Shown here: piece after piece, positions 18,089-27,067 of the stretch
Position numbering within the stretch: the stretch's first letter is position 1
Layout of the letters: each line of letters starts with the position of its first letter
From: Candidatus Aminicenantales bacterium
GTDB lineage: Bacteria; Acidobacteriota; Aminicenantia; Aminicenantales; Saccharicenantaceae
Assembly: GCA_049512315.1 (NCBI GenBank)
Contig: JBEKXF010000003.1
Coordinates: forward strand, 1-64,000
Reading direction: 5' to 3'
Length of the DNA stretch: 64,000 bases
The notes under the pieces: generated by a model
Database searches by the model: none
The model's input: only the letters and a program-made list of their open reading frames with translations
What the model was told of the DNA's origin: nothing
Made by a program: the position numbers and the translations under genes

Positions 18089-18955
18089 ATGACCAGGAAA
18101 ACTTCACCGGCCAAGGGTTCGGCGGCCTTCCTCCTCGTCATCTTCCTCCTGGCGACGTGCGCCTCGTTCATGGCCCTCAAGGTCAAGACCGACACGATCG
18201 TCCGGAAAAGGGTACCGGGCTCGTCGATCATCTATCTTCCCTCGGGCAAGTTCCTCCGCTACGCCACGTTCGGCTATTCGGCCCTGGCCGCCGACGCCAT
18301 CTACCTCTGGGCGATCCAGTATTACAGTACGCCGACGATCGACGACCGCTTCAACTATCTGGACCATATCTTCGCCATCATCAGCGATCTCGACCCGACC
18401 TACACGGACCCCTACGAGACCGGGGCCCTGATCGCCTCGGCCGAGGCCGGGGACACGGGCCTGGCCTTCAAGATCCTGGATAACGGCGCTGCCAAGAACC
18501 CCGGCCAGTGGCTCTTCCCCTTCGAGGCGGGACACATCGCCATGATGAACCTCAAGAACTACGACCTGGCGATGCAGTATTTCAAGAAATGCATGGACCT
18601 GCCGGGGTCCCCGGATTTCACGAAGAGGCTCTACGCCAACGCCCTCTATAAGAAGGGGGACAACGAGACGTCCTGGCAGACCTGGCTCGAGATCTATAAC
18701 ACGGCGCCGGACGAGCGGACGAAAAAGATCGCCTCGAACCACCTTTACCAAGTGAAGAGCGCAATGGACACGGGCCGGCTCAAGGTGGCCGTGGGGAAAT
18801 TCCGGGAGCGCTACGGCCGGTTCCCTGCTGAACTCGAGGACCTCGTCCGGAGCCGACTGCTTGAGAAGCTCCCCAAGGACCTGGACGGGCAGGACTATGT
18901 TTATGACCCGAAATCCGGCGACGTGAAAGCGGCCACCATCCCATGGAAGCGCTGA
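18089..18955 (+). CDS. Membrane-anchored TPR-like pilus-associated protein (PilG/XapA-like)
   Basis: N-terminal TM; AD.IYLWAIQY..LDP; helical repeats; located between the ABC genes and pilD. Confidence 0.65.
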   Translation: MTRKTSPAKGSAAFLLVIFLLATCASFMALKVKTDTIVRKRVPGSSIIYLPSGKFLRYATFGYSALAADAIYLWAIQYYSTPTIDDRFNYLDHIFAIISDLDPTYTDPYETGALIASAEAGDTGLAFKILDNGAAKNPGQWLFPFEAGHIAMMNLKNYDLAMQYFKKCMDLPGSPDFTKRLYANALYKKGDNETSWQTWLEIYNTAPDERTKKIASNHLYQVKSAMDTGRLKVAVGKFRERYGRFPAELEDLVRSRLLEKLPKDLDGQDYVYDPKSGDVKAATIPWKR

Positions 18956-19722
18956 TCTTCATCTTCGTCGCCATCGCCGGGCTCGTCTGGGGGAGCTTCC
19001 TCAACGTCGTCATCTATCGCCTCCCGCGGGAGATGAGCCTCGTCCGGCCTCCCTCCACCTGTCCCGGCTGCGGGGTGAGGATCAAGCCCTACGACAACGT
19101 CCCCGTTCTTTCCTTCCTTTGGCTCGGCGGGAAGTGCCGGAGCTGCGGCCGCGCGATCTCACCCGTCTACCCCCTGGTCGAGGCGCTCACGGCCTTGGGA
19201 TTCCTCCTTGTCTTCGGCCAGTCGGGCCGGGTCCTGGGCCTGGAGTTTTTCGCCGGCTGCCTGTTCACAAGCGCTCTCATCGCCCTCGGCTTCATCGATT
19301 ATTTCCACCAGGTCCTGCCGGACGCGATCACGCTCCCCGGCCTCGTCCTCGCTCTCGTCTACTCGTTTTTTCGAAACGACCTGACGTTCCGCGGCGCCCT
19401 CGTCGGCGCCGTGTCCGGTGCGGGCTTCCTGCTCCTCGTCTACGGCGTCTACCGCCTCATCCGGAAAAAGGAGGGGCTGGGGATGGGGGACGTAACCATG
19501 CTGCTGATGATCGGAGCCTACCTGGGGCTGCCGCGAACGCTCCTGACCCTGATCCTCGGCTCGTTCGTCGGCGCGCTCGTCGGGGTCTTCTTTATCGTCC
19601 GCCGGAAAAAGGACCTCCAGTTCGCCCTGCCCTTCGGGACGTTCCTGGCCCCGGCGGCCTTCATTTCGGCGCTCTGGGGCGAGAGGATCGTCAGTGCTTA
19701 CCTTCGCCTCTACCCCCGCTGA
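18943..19722 (+). CDS. pilD: Prepilin peptidase / N-methyltransferase
   Basis: GSFLNVVIYRLP, CPGC...NVPVLS...GKCRSC, GMGD, PFG.FL. Confidence 0.95.
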   Translation: MEALIFIFVAIAGLVWGSFLNVVIYRLPREMSLVRPPSTCPGCGVRIKPYDNVPVLSFLWLGGKCRSCGRAISPVYPLVEALTALGFLLVFGQSGRVLGLEFFAGCLFTSALIALGFIDYFHQVLPDAITLPGLVLALVYSFFRNDLTFRGALVGAVSGAGFLLLVYGVYRLIRKKEGLGMGDVTMLLMIGAYLGLPRTLLTLILGSFVGALVGVFFIVRRKKDLQFALPFGTFLAPAAFISALWGERIVSAYLRLYPR

Positions 19723-21128
19723 GCCCGGCGGCCGGCTCCCGTCCTTTCGATCGAAAAAACGCGTCTGGTCCCGGCCCTCACCTTGAATCCCTCGGCAACC
19801 GGGAGCCCGGGGACCCAGACGATCTCGCCTCGGGACAGGAAAACGGGGAGCCGGTCCCGGTCATCGCGGGCGACACCTTTGGCCCTCAGGATCTCCTTGA
19901 GTTTTTTCCGGCCGGGCGCGCCGAGCGGCCGATAGAGATCGCCCGGCCGTCGATTACGGACGACGAGCGGGAAGCGAAGCTTGGCCAGGTCGACGACGAC
20001 CCGACGGTGATCGTCCGCCTTGAGGGAAGGGATCTCCCCTTTCTCCATCCTGCGCCCGCGGAACGTCGCCCCCGCAGCCTTGATCTTCTGCCGGCCGTCC
20101 CAGCGCGTCTCGAAGCCCCGGGCGGCGGCTCTCCGGAGGAGCCGGAAGAGCCGGCCTTTTTCACGTCGGAGGACGAGGCCTTTCTTGACTGTCTTCTCCT
20201 TCCCGTCGCGGAGGCTGAGGACGGATTCGATATCCTCGAAGGAGACGGCCCGCAGGTCTCCCTTGAGCTCGCGGATGAACTCCCTGAGGATCCGCCGGGC
20301 CAGGGCCGGCGGCAGGAGCGAGAGCGTCCGGACATCGAGCGCGGCCTCCCCCCCGCTCCGGGAGATGAACTCTTCGGCCAGGGCGCGGACGAACCCCGCG
20401 AGGAGCGCGTCCTCTTCCCGGACGAGGGAAGAGAGCGACGCCAGGTGTTCGACGATCCGGGGCCCGTAGTCCCTCTCGAGCTCCGGGAGGAGCCCGAGGC
20501 GGATGCGGTTCCGGAGGAACCTCCGGTCGAGGTTGGAATCGTCGGTCCTGAAGCCCAGCCCCTCGTCGCGGAGATAGGCTTCGAGCTCCTCTCGCCGGAT
20601 CCCGAGGAGCGGCCGGATGACCGGACAGGCGGCGGGGCCGGAGACGGGCTCGATGCCGGCCAGGCCCGTCAGGCCCGTCCCCCGGAAAAGCCGTATGAGG
20701 AACGTCTCGGCCTGGTCGCTCATGGTGTGACCCGTGGCGATCTTGGTCGCGCCCGTCTTCCTGGCGGCCCGGCGCAGGAATTCGTAGCGCAGGAGGCGGG
20801 CCGCTTCCTCGAGGTTGATCTTCCTTCGCCGCGCTTCACCCCGGACGTCCTTCGAACCGGCGATGAGGGGGAGGACCCAGCGCCTCGTCAATTCCCGGAC
20901 GAACGCTTCGTCGTCCTTGGCTTCGGGGCGGATCCGGTGGTTGAAATGGGCGACGAAAACCTCGAGCGGCATCTCTTCGCGGAGCTTGAGCAGGAGGCTC
21001 GTCAGGGCCACGGAGTCGGGCCCGCCGGAGCAGGCGGCCAGGACCCGGTCGCCCGGGGCGATCATTCCGTGCCTGAGGACGGCGGCCTTGAAGGCCTGGA
21101 AAATGCGGCCCCTTCTCGTCTTGGACAT
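19710..21128 (-). CDS. tilS: tRNA(Ile)-lysidine synthetase
   Basis: SGGPDS PP-loop, HFNH, EEAAR..RY, ATGH..DQAET, RPLL, D.SN, RNRIR, TilS C-terminal domain. Confidence 0.95.
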   Translation of the reverse strand: MSKTRRGRIFQAFKAAVLRHGMIAPGDRVLAACSGGPDSVALTSLLLKLREEMPLEVFVAHFNHRIRPEAKDDEAFVRELTRRWVLPLIAGSKDVRGEARRRKINLEEAARLLRYEFLRRAARKTGATKIATGHTMSDQAETFLIRLFRGTGLTGLAGIEPVSGPAACPVIRPLLGIRREELEAYLRDEGLGFRTDDSNLDRRFLRNRIRLGLLPELERDYGPRIVEHLASLSSLVREEDALLAGFVRALAEEFISRSGGEAALDVRTLSLLPPALARRILREFIRELKGDLRAVSFEDIESVLSLRDGKEKTVKKGLVLRREKGRLFRLLRRAAARGFETRWDGRQKIKAAGATFRGRRMEKGEIPSLKADDHRRVVVDLAKLRFPLVVRNRRPGDLYRPLGAPGRKKLKEILRAKGVARDDRDRLPVFLSRGEIVWVPGLPVAEGFKVRAGTRRVFSIERTGAGRRAQRG

Positions 21129-21142
21129 GAGCTCATGAAAAA

Positions 21143-21216
21143 TGCCGGCGGAGGGATTTGAACCCCCGACACTGCGGATATGAGCCGCATGCTCTGACCA
21201 ACTGAGCTACGCCGGC
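21143..21216 (-). tRNA. tRNA with CAT anticodon, most likely elongator tRNA-Met; CCA not encoded
   Basis: GCCGGCG acceptor stem, TAGCTCAGTTGGTCAGAGC D-arm, TGCGG-CTCATAT-CCGCA anticodon arm, GGGGG-TTCAAAT-CCCTC T-arm, discriminator A. Confidence 0.93.
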
Positions 21217-21228
21217 AGGGTGAAGGAG

Positions 21229-21257
21229 ATTTTAGCGGAATCACCCGGTCAAGTCAA
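21229..21257 (-). promoter_or_regulatory. Sigma70-type promoter for tRNA-tilS
   Basis: TTGACT-17-TAAAAT, 12 nt upstream of the tRNA 5' end. Confidence 0.75.
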
Positions 21258-21279
21258 CGAACCGGGAGGGCGGGCGGCC

Positions 21280-22908
21280 TCACTGAAAGATGGCCTCGGT
21301 GTTTTCCTTCTTGAAGCTGTAGCGGCGGTCCCGGAAGAGCTTCATGCAGGCATCGACGACCCGCATGTCGTAGCGGATCCCGCGGCCCCGGCGGATCTCT
21401 TCCAGGGCTTTTTCGATGCCGAGGGCGGGGCGGTAGGGACGGTGGGAGGACAGGGCCTCGACGACGTCGGCCACGGCCAGGATCCTCGCCTCGAGGAGGA
21501 TGGCGTCCCCGAGCAGCCCGTCGGGGTAGCCGGTGCCGTCCATCCGCTCGTGGTGCTGGAGGATGATGTGGGCCACGGGCCAGGGGAACTGGATGTTCTT
21601 CAGGATGTCGTAGCCGATCCTCGGGTGGTCCTTGATCAGCTGGAACTCGGTCTTGGTCAGTCGCGTCGGCTTGGCCAGGATCTCGGCGGGCATGGCGATC
21701 TTGCCGATGTCGTGGATGATCCCGGCCAGCCGGAGCCCCTCAATCTTCTCCGAGGGAAGGTGGAGCTCTTCGGCGATGGCGACGGCCAGGCTGGACACGC
21801 GGCGCTGGTGGCCGGCCGTGTAGAGGTCCCGCATCTCGATGGTCAGGGACATGGCCCGGACGGTGCCCTCCAGGGCTTTCTCCAGCCGCTCGAGGGTGCT
21901 CTGGAGCTGGTCTTCCGCCCGGCGCGTCTCGATGACCCGCCCGCTGAGCTCCTCGTTGACCTTGTACAGTTCCTCGGTCCGCTTTTCGACCCGGTGCTCC
22001 AGCTCGTCCTTGGCCAGCCGGAGCTCCTTTTCCACGCGGCGGCGCTCGGCGATCTCCTTTTCGATGTCCAGGGACTTGGCGCGCATCATGTCCTCGAGCG
22101 ACTTGTTGATCCCTTCCATTTCCCGGAGGGCCTTTTCCAGTCCGTCAACCATGGTGTTGAAAGTCCGGGCCAGGACTCCCATCTCGTCTCGGGAATAGAC
22201 TTTGGCCCGCTGCTTGAGGTCGCCCTTCGCGATCTTCTCGGCCGTCCGCGTCACCAGGACCACGGGACGCGTGATCAGGCCGCTGAAAAGGAAGACGAGG
22301 AGCCCGCCGATGAAGAGGATGGCCAGGCAGACGAGCGTGATGGCACCCTTTTCCCTCGTCGTTTCCGCGATGAGGCCCTTGAAGGCGAACCCGAGGAAGA
22401 GATTTCCCAGGACCCGGTCGTCGGCCATGACGGGGGTCTTCGTCCTGTAGACGGTCCGCCGGCCGGGAGGTGGCTGGATGGGGTCGATTTCGCGATACAT
22501 ATCCCGTTCCGCGACGTCCCGGTTGGAGGACGCCAGGACCATTCCGGAGTCGTCTTCGAGGACGGCATACTCGATCCCGCCGGTGCGCTCGCAGCTCGCC
22601 TTGAGGACTCTCTCCATGGCGGCCTTGTCTCCCGCCTGGCGCTCCGTGGAAAGTCCCAACGAGGCGACCGAAGTGGTGTTGCTGATGATGTCCACGATAT
22701 CACGGGAGAGATGATGCTCCAGGCGGGCGGGAAAATAGAGGAGACAGAAGGCCGAAAGGCCCAATGTCAGGGAGGTTGCCAAGAGGAAGATCTTCGTCCG
22801 GAGCTTTCTCGGCCCGAGCCTGGCGGTCAGGCCCGGAGGTGGACCCGGATAATTGTTCGCGCTGAGCTCCGTCGGGGGACCCGAGCTTTCCAGGATATTA
22901 CGGTTCAT
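21280..22908 (-). CDS. Membrane HAMP + coiled-coil + HD-GYP cyclic-di-GMP phosphodiesterase
   Basis: Two TM segments around a periplasmic domain, HAMP (ITRPV..DEMGVLARTFN), HDIGK, HHERMDGTGYP, ARILAVAD, RPYR. Start codon uncertain. Confidence 0.88.
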   Translation of the reverse strand: MNRNILESSGPPTELSANNYPGPPPGLTARLGPRKLRTKIFLLATSLTLGLSAFCLLYFPARLEHHLSRDIVDIISNTTSVASLGLSTERQAGDKAAMERVLKASCERTGGIEYAVLEDDSGMVLASSNRDVAERDMYREIDPIQPPPGRRTVYRTKTPVMADDRVLGNLFLGFAFKGLIAETTREKGAITLVCLAILFIGGLLVFLFSGLITRPVVLVTRTAEKIAKGDLKQRAKVYSRDEMGVLARTFNTMVDGLEKALREMEGINKSLEDMMRAKSLDIEKEIAERRRVEKELRLAKDELEHRVEKRTEELYKVNEELSGRVIETRRAEDQLQSTLERLEKALEGTVRAMSLTIEMRDLYTAGHQRRVSSLAVAIAEELHLPSEKIEGLRLAGIIHDIGKIAMPAEILAKPTRLTKTEFQLIKDHPRIGYDILKNIQFPWPVAHIILQHHERMDGTGYPDGLLGDAILLEARILAVADVVEALSSHRPYRPALGIEKALEEIRRGRGIRYDMRVVDACMKLFRDRRYSFKKENTEAIFQ

Positions 22909-23056
22909 CGGATTATCAAGTGTCCACCGGATTCTCCACCAGATTACAGGAGCCACGGGACCGGACAATGCCCTTTGGGGGTGATTTCACGGGGTGAGAA
23001 TTCACCCCGAAAGGGGGGGCGGTTTCGATCCGGCCGTCGGCGCCCGGCGCGCTTCC

Positions 23057-25201
23057 CTAGTCGTTCTCGAGGGCGGCGGCAAGAACTTCGGCCGTATGCC
23101 TGACCTCCACGGCCCGGCCGCTCCGGGCGCAGCCGCCGCGGATCTGGAGGAGGCAGCCGGGGCAGTCCAGGGCGACGAGGGCGGCGCCCGAGGCCGTCAG
23201 GGCGGCCAGCTTGTCCGCGAGGAGCGCCTCGGCGACTTCGGGGTGGTCAACGGAGTAGGCCCCGGCGAAACCGCAGCAGGCCGCGGGGCCGGCCATCTCC
23301 ACGAGCTCGGTCCCCAGGGCCATCCGGACCAGGGTCCGGGAATCCTCTGATGCCTTAAGGACGTGCTTGTGGTGGCAGGAATCGTGGTAGGTCGCCCGCT
23401 TTCCGGTGCGGCCCTCGGGAAAGAGCCGCCGGAGGGCTTCTTTTTCACGACGGGCCAGGAACTGACTGAACGTCATGACCCGGCCGGCCAATTCCCTGAT
23501 ATCTTGAAAATCGTCCCCGTCGCCGTCCGCCGGGCGGCGCGACTTCGTTCCCCGATGTCTCAGGATGAGGTCGGGTCCGGCCTGGGCCAGCATGGTCGTG
23601 CAGGTCGGACAAAGAGTGATCACAGGCCCCTCGCCCTTGAGCCTCTTCAGGACGCTGCGGAAAGCCCTCCGGGCCGAAGCGGTGTGGCCGGAGTTCCAGG
23701 GCGGGAACCCGCAGCAGGTCGTGGGCCCGAGGACGACGTCGTAGCCGAGCCGGGCGAGGACGCGGGCCGCCGCCAGCCCGACTTCCGGGTAGACGTGCTG
23801 GACGAGGCATCCCGGAAAAAGCGTCACCCGCCCCTTCGGAGCCGGCATCTTCTTCCGCAGGACCCTCTTCTCTTTCCTGAAAAGGGCCGAGAGGGGCCGT
23901 GGGGCCGGCGCCGGGAGAGCCCGGAACCGGTCGTAGCGGGCCAGCCGCGACGGCAGGGCGCGGGCATATCCTTTCCTTTGGATGATCGGCCGGACCGCCC
24001 GCGCCGCGAGGAACGCTCCCCGGTTGAGGGTGGGATGCCCCATGACCCCGTCCAGCGCGATCTTCTTCCAGAATTTCCTTCCGGTCTCCCGGGCCAACCG
24101 TTCTTTCAGGGCCACGACCAGGTCGGCGATGGGGATCTTGGTCGAACAGACCGTGTCGCATCGGTGACATTCCATGCACAGCTCCGCCAGGTCCTTGGAT
24201 TTTTCGAGGCCGTGGATCCAGGCCGTGAGAAGGCTCCCGATACCGCCCATATAGACGTGCGAGAATTCTTCGCCGCCGATGACCTGATAGACCGGGCAGA
24301 CGTTGAGACAGGCCGAGCACTTGATGCACCGGAGGACGTCCCGGAACTTGGGGTCGGCCCGCAGCTCGCTCCGGTGATTGTCGAGAAGGATGATGTCTTG
24401 CTCCGACCGGTGCGGCCCGGCGATGAAGGAGACATAACTCGAGATGGGCTGGCCCGTGGCGCTTTTCGTCAGGATCTTGAGCAGGAGCAAGGCGTCGGCC
24501 GTGGCGGCCACGACTTTTTCCGTGCTTGCGAGGACGATGTGGACGGGCGGGGCCGTCGCGACCAGCCGCCCGTTGCCCTCGTTGGTGACGACCATAATCG
24601 AGCCGTTCTCGGCGACGAGGGCGTTGGCGCCCGTCAGCCCGACCGGAGATCCGAGGATCTCCCGCCTCAGCTCTTCCCGGGCCACCCGGACCAGGGCCGG
24701 GATGTCCCCCGGAACCTCGCGGCCCATGTGTTCCGAAAAGATCCGGGCGACGCCCTGGCGCGTCAGATGGATGGCCGGCATGACCATGTGGGTCGGCGCC
24801 TCCCCGGCGAGCTGGATGATCCACTCGCCGAGGTCGGTCTCCCGCGGTTCGACGCCGTGGCGGCTGAGATAGTCGTTGAGGCGGATCTCCTCGCTGACCA
24901 TGGACTTGGACTTGACGATCTTTTTCGCGCCGTGCCGCTCCAGGATCTCGAGGATAAGGCGGTTGGCCTCGTCTCCGTCCTTGGCCCGAAGGACGCGGCT
25001 GCCGTGCCGGACGGCCTGCTCCTCGAACCGGGCGAGCAAGCTGTCCTGGTTGGCGATGGCCTCGTCCTTGATCTCCGCCAGCGTTTCGCGGAGAGCTTCG
25101 AAATCCAGGCCCTGGAACGAACTTTCGCGCTTGGCGGACCAGCTCTCGTAGAAGGCCTGGAGCGTCGCCTTGAGACGGGGGTCGAGGGTTTTCATCTTCA
25201 T
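23057..25201 (-). CDS. lutB: LutB-LutA fusion (LUD + 2x[4Fe-4S] + two CCG domains), lactate dehydrogenase large-subunit type
   Basis: KSKSM.SEEI, ETDLGEWI.QL, H...PAIH, NEGN, CIKCSACLNVCP, CMECHRCDTVC, and two CCG domains (TCCG..CPTC; YHDSCH..CCGFAG..CPGC). Confidence 0.88.
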   Translation of the reverse strand: MKMKTLDPRLKATLQAFYESWSAKRESSFQGLDFEALRETLAEIKDEAIANQDSLLARFEEQAVRHGSRVLRAKDGDEANRLILEILERHGAKKIVKSKSMVSEEIRLNDYLSRHGVEPRETDLGEWIIQLAGEAPTHMVMPAIHLTRQGVARIFSEHMGREVPGDIPALVRVAREELRREILGSPVGLTGANALVAENGSIMVVTNEGNGRLVATAPPVHIVLASTEKVVAATADALLLLKILTKSATGQPISSYVSFIAGPHRSEQDIILLDNHRSELRADPKFRDVLRCIKCSACLNVCPVYQVIGGEEFSHVYMGGIGSLLTAWIHGLEKSKDLAELCMECHRCDTVCSTKIPIADLVVALKERLARETGRKFWKKIALDGVMGHPTLNRGAFLAARAVRPIIQRKGYARALPSRLARYDRFRALPAPAPRPLSALFRKEKRVLRKKMPAPKGRVTLFPGCLVQHVYPEVGLAAARVLARLGYDVVLGPTTCCGFPPWNSGHTASARRAFRSVLKRLKGEGPVITLCPTCTTMLAQAGPDLILRHRGTKSRRPADGDGDDFQDIRELAGRVMTFSQFLARREKEALRRLFPEGRTGKRATYHDSCHHKHVLKASEDSRTLVRMALGTELVEMAGPAACCGFAGAYSVDHPEVAEALLADKLAALTASGAALVALDCPGCLLQIRGGCARSGRAVEVRHTAEVLAAALEND

Positions 25202-25205
25202 GGGC

Positions 25206-25751
25206 TCAGCCGCAGCCTCCCTCGATCAGGCCGATAACGAGCCGGGCCGGTCCCTGGACGCCGATCGCGAGCTCGCATTCGATGTCGGCCGTCCGGCTCG
25301 GACCCGTGATGAAAGAGACCTGGGGGCCGGGCCGGCCCGGCCGGCCGAGGTGGTCCGAGATGACGCCGGCCAGGGACAGGAGGTCGGGGACGATCGCGCG
25401 GCGCTCGAGGAGGCAGACGCAGAGGGGCGGCAGCGTCCAAAGGAGCTTTTCCTCGTCCTCGGAATCGAGCCGGACGAGGGTTCCCGTTTCGGCCGCGCCG
25501 AAATCCGCGCGGACGACCCCGGCCTGGGCCGCGGCGATGCCGGCCGTCCCTCCGGGAATCCCGACGCGGAGGCCGGCGTCTTCCGCAGCTTTCCGGAGCG
25601 ATGGGCAGGTCAGGACCGTCCGGACCTTCTCCCGCTCGAAAAGACGGGCAGCGACGGCCAGGGCCTCGCCGACGTCGCGCGCCAGGAAGATCTCGGCTCC
25701 GGCGGCCTCGGCCCCGGCGACGAACCTGGCGGCGAGGTCCGGAGTCACCAT
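25206..25751 (-). CDS. lutC: LutC/YkgG LUD-domain protein
   Basis: AETGTL and FITGPSRTADIE..L.IGV.GP motifs. Confidence 0.88.
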   Translation of the reverse strand: MVTPDLAARFVAGAEAAGAEIFLARDVGEALAVAARLFEREKVRTVLTCPSLRKAAEDAGLRVGIPGGTAGIAAAQAGVVRADFGAAETGTLVRLDSEDEEKLLWTLPPLCVCLLERRAIVPDLLSLAGVISDHLGRPGRPGPQVSFITGPSRTADIECELAIGVQGPARLVIGLIEGGCG

Positions 25752-27067
25752 CGGCCGGCCTTTTTGGGTTCCATCTTGCGCAGGTCCAGGCCCCGCTCGT
25801 AGGCGCCGATCCGGTAGAGGCAGATCTCACGGAGCGAGGAGGGGTGGTGGAGGACCTCGGAGAGGGACTGACCGCCCGCAGCCCAGACTCCTCCGCCCCG
25901 GACGACGACCATCTTGTAATCATGAAGCAGGCGGATGAGCTCGGTCGCCGGAATGTCCGGCGGCGCGACGGGAATGACGAGGTAGAGGAACGAGCCTTCC
26001 GCGTCGACCGGGATGATCCGGTCCGAGGGCCCGGTCCCCCCGGGAGAGACGAAATGGGCCGAGGCCTCGGCCTCCGGGACGTAGCAGTGCATGACGGTCT
26101 GGAAATCGCTGGCTGCGTAGATCTCCTTGTGGAGCCTGACCTCCCGATGGTCCGCGGGGTCGATCTTCAGGGGGACACTGAGCAGGGGCCCGCCGATGTC
26201 ACGGGGCATGGACGCCTTGGGCGCGTAGAGCATCGCGTCCACGCCACGGACCGACATCGAGCCCGTGTGGAAGGGCGAGAGTCGGGATTCGAAGATCCTG
26301 TTCCCGGCTTTCCGGAACTCCGCGAGGATCTCCTCTTCGTCGGGAAAATCCAGGCGAGCGTCCTCGCCGTCTTCGAAGGCCGGCGGGGAGTAGGCGAACG
26401 CGCCGACCGGGTTAGCCCGGATCCGGCCCCTCAGCGCCTCGACATCGACGCCGAGCCGCCACAGGAGCCGGACGACGGCCCCGGCTTCGTTGGCGACGCA
26501 GAGCCTGAAGAAGGCCTCCTTGAGGGTCCTCCCCTTGGCCATCGCTCCGTGGCCGAAAATGATGGTCAGCGGATGCCCGGCCAGGCGCTCCGGAATGGTC
26601 TTCGTCATCTCCGGCGAGCCGCTGGGCACGGCGAACCAATCCACGGGGATGGCCGGGCCGAGAGAGTTATAGGCCAGGGGGTCCACGGGCTCGAAATCCG
26701 GCGGACGGGCGGGCTTGGGGGCGTCGACGAGCGTGGCTATGATCAGCTCCTTGACGTGGGCGTGCATCGAGGCCCGGACGCCGGGCAGGGCCAGGATCCG
26801 GGCGTGGATATCCGTTTCCGACGAGGCCTTGTAATAGCCGAAATCGGTTTCCGTCGGCGAGAGGAAGCAGATCTGGCTTGGCTCGAGGTCGCCCTTTTGG
26901 GACCCTGTGGCCGTAATGACGATTTGCTCTTCGCCCCTCTCGTCGGTCCAGCGGACGGCCATGTTCCCGCTGTGGCTGTCCTGAATGTCGTAGAGGAGGG
27001 ACGCCCTTCCCACGCCCTGGAACAAGCGCAGGAGCTCCTCGCTCGCCTTCCATTTTGGGGCGCTCAT
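25745..27067 (-). CDS. Tandem class II aldolase/adducin-domain protein
   Basis: Domain 1 has SGNM.VR, ITATG, ASSE..IH, HAH and GHG. Domain 2 repeats the fold with HCY and RGGG. Confidence 0.8.
   Translation of the reverse strand: MSAPKWKASEELLRLFQGVGRASLLYDIQDSHSGNMAVRWTDERGEEQIVITATGSQKGDLEPSQICFLSPTETDFGYYKASSETDIHARILALPGVRASMHAHVKELIIATLVDAPKPARPPDFEPVDPLAYNSLGPAIPVDWFAVPSGSPEMTKTIPERLAGHPLTIIFGHGAMAKGRTLKEAFFRLCVANEAGAVVRLLWRLGVDVEALRGRIRANPVGAFAYSPPAFEDGEDARLDFPDEEEILAEFRKAGNRIFESRLSPFHTGSMSVRGVDAMLYAPKASMPRDIGGPLLSVPLKIDPADHREVRLHKEIYAASDFQTVMHCYVPEAEASAHFVSPGGTGPSDRIIPVDAEGSFLYLVIPVAPPDIPATELIRLLHDYKMVVVRGGGVWAAGGQSLSEVLHHPSSLREICLYRIGAYERGLDLRKMEPKKAGRW

Noticed and set aside
21143..21280. 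tRNA as an island or prophage attachment site
   Set aside because: No integrase, no duplicated tRNA 3' end noticed, and the flanking genes have host-like composition.
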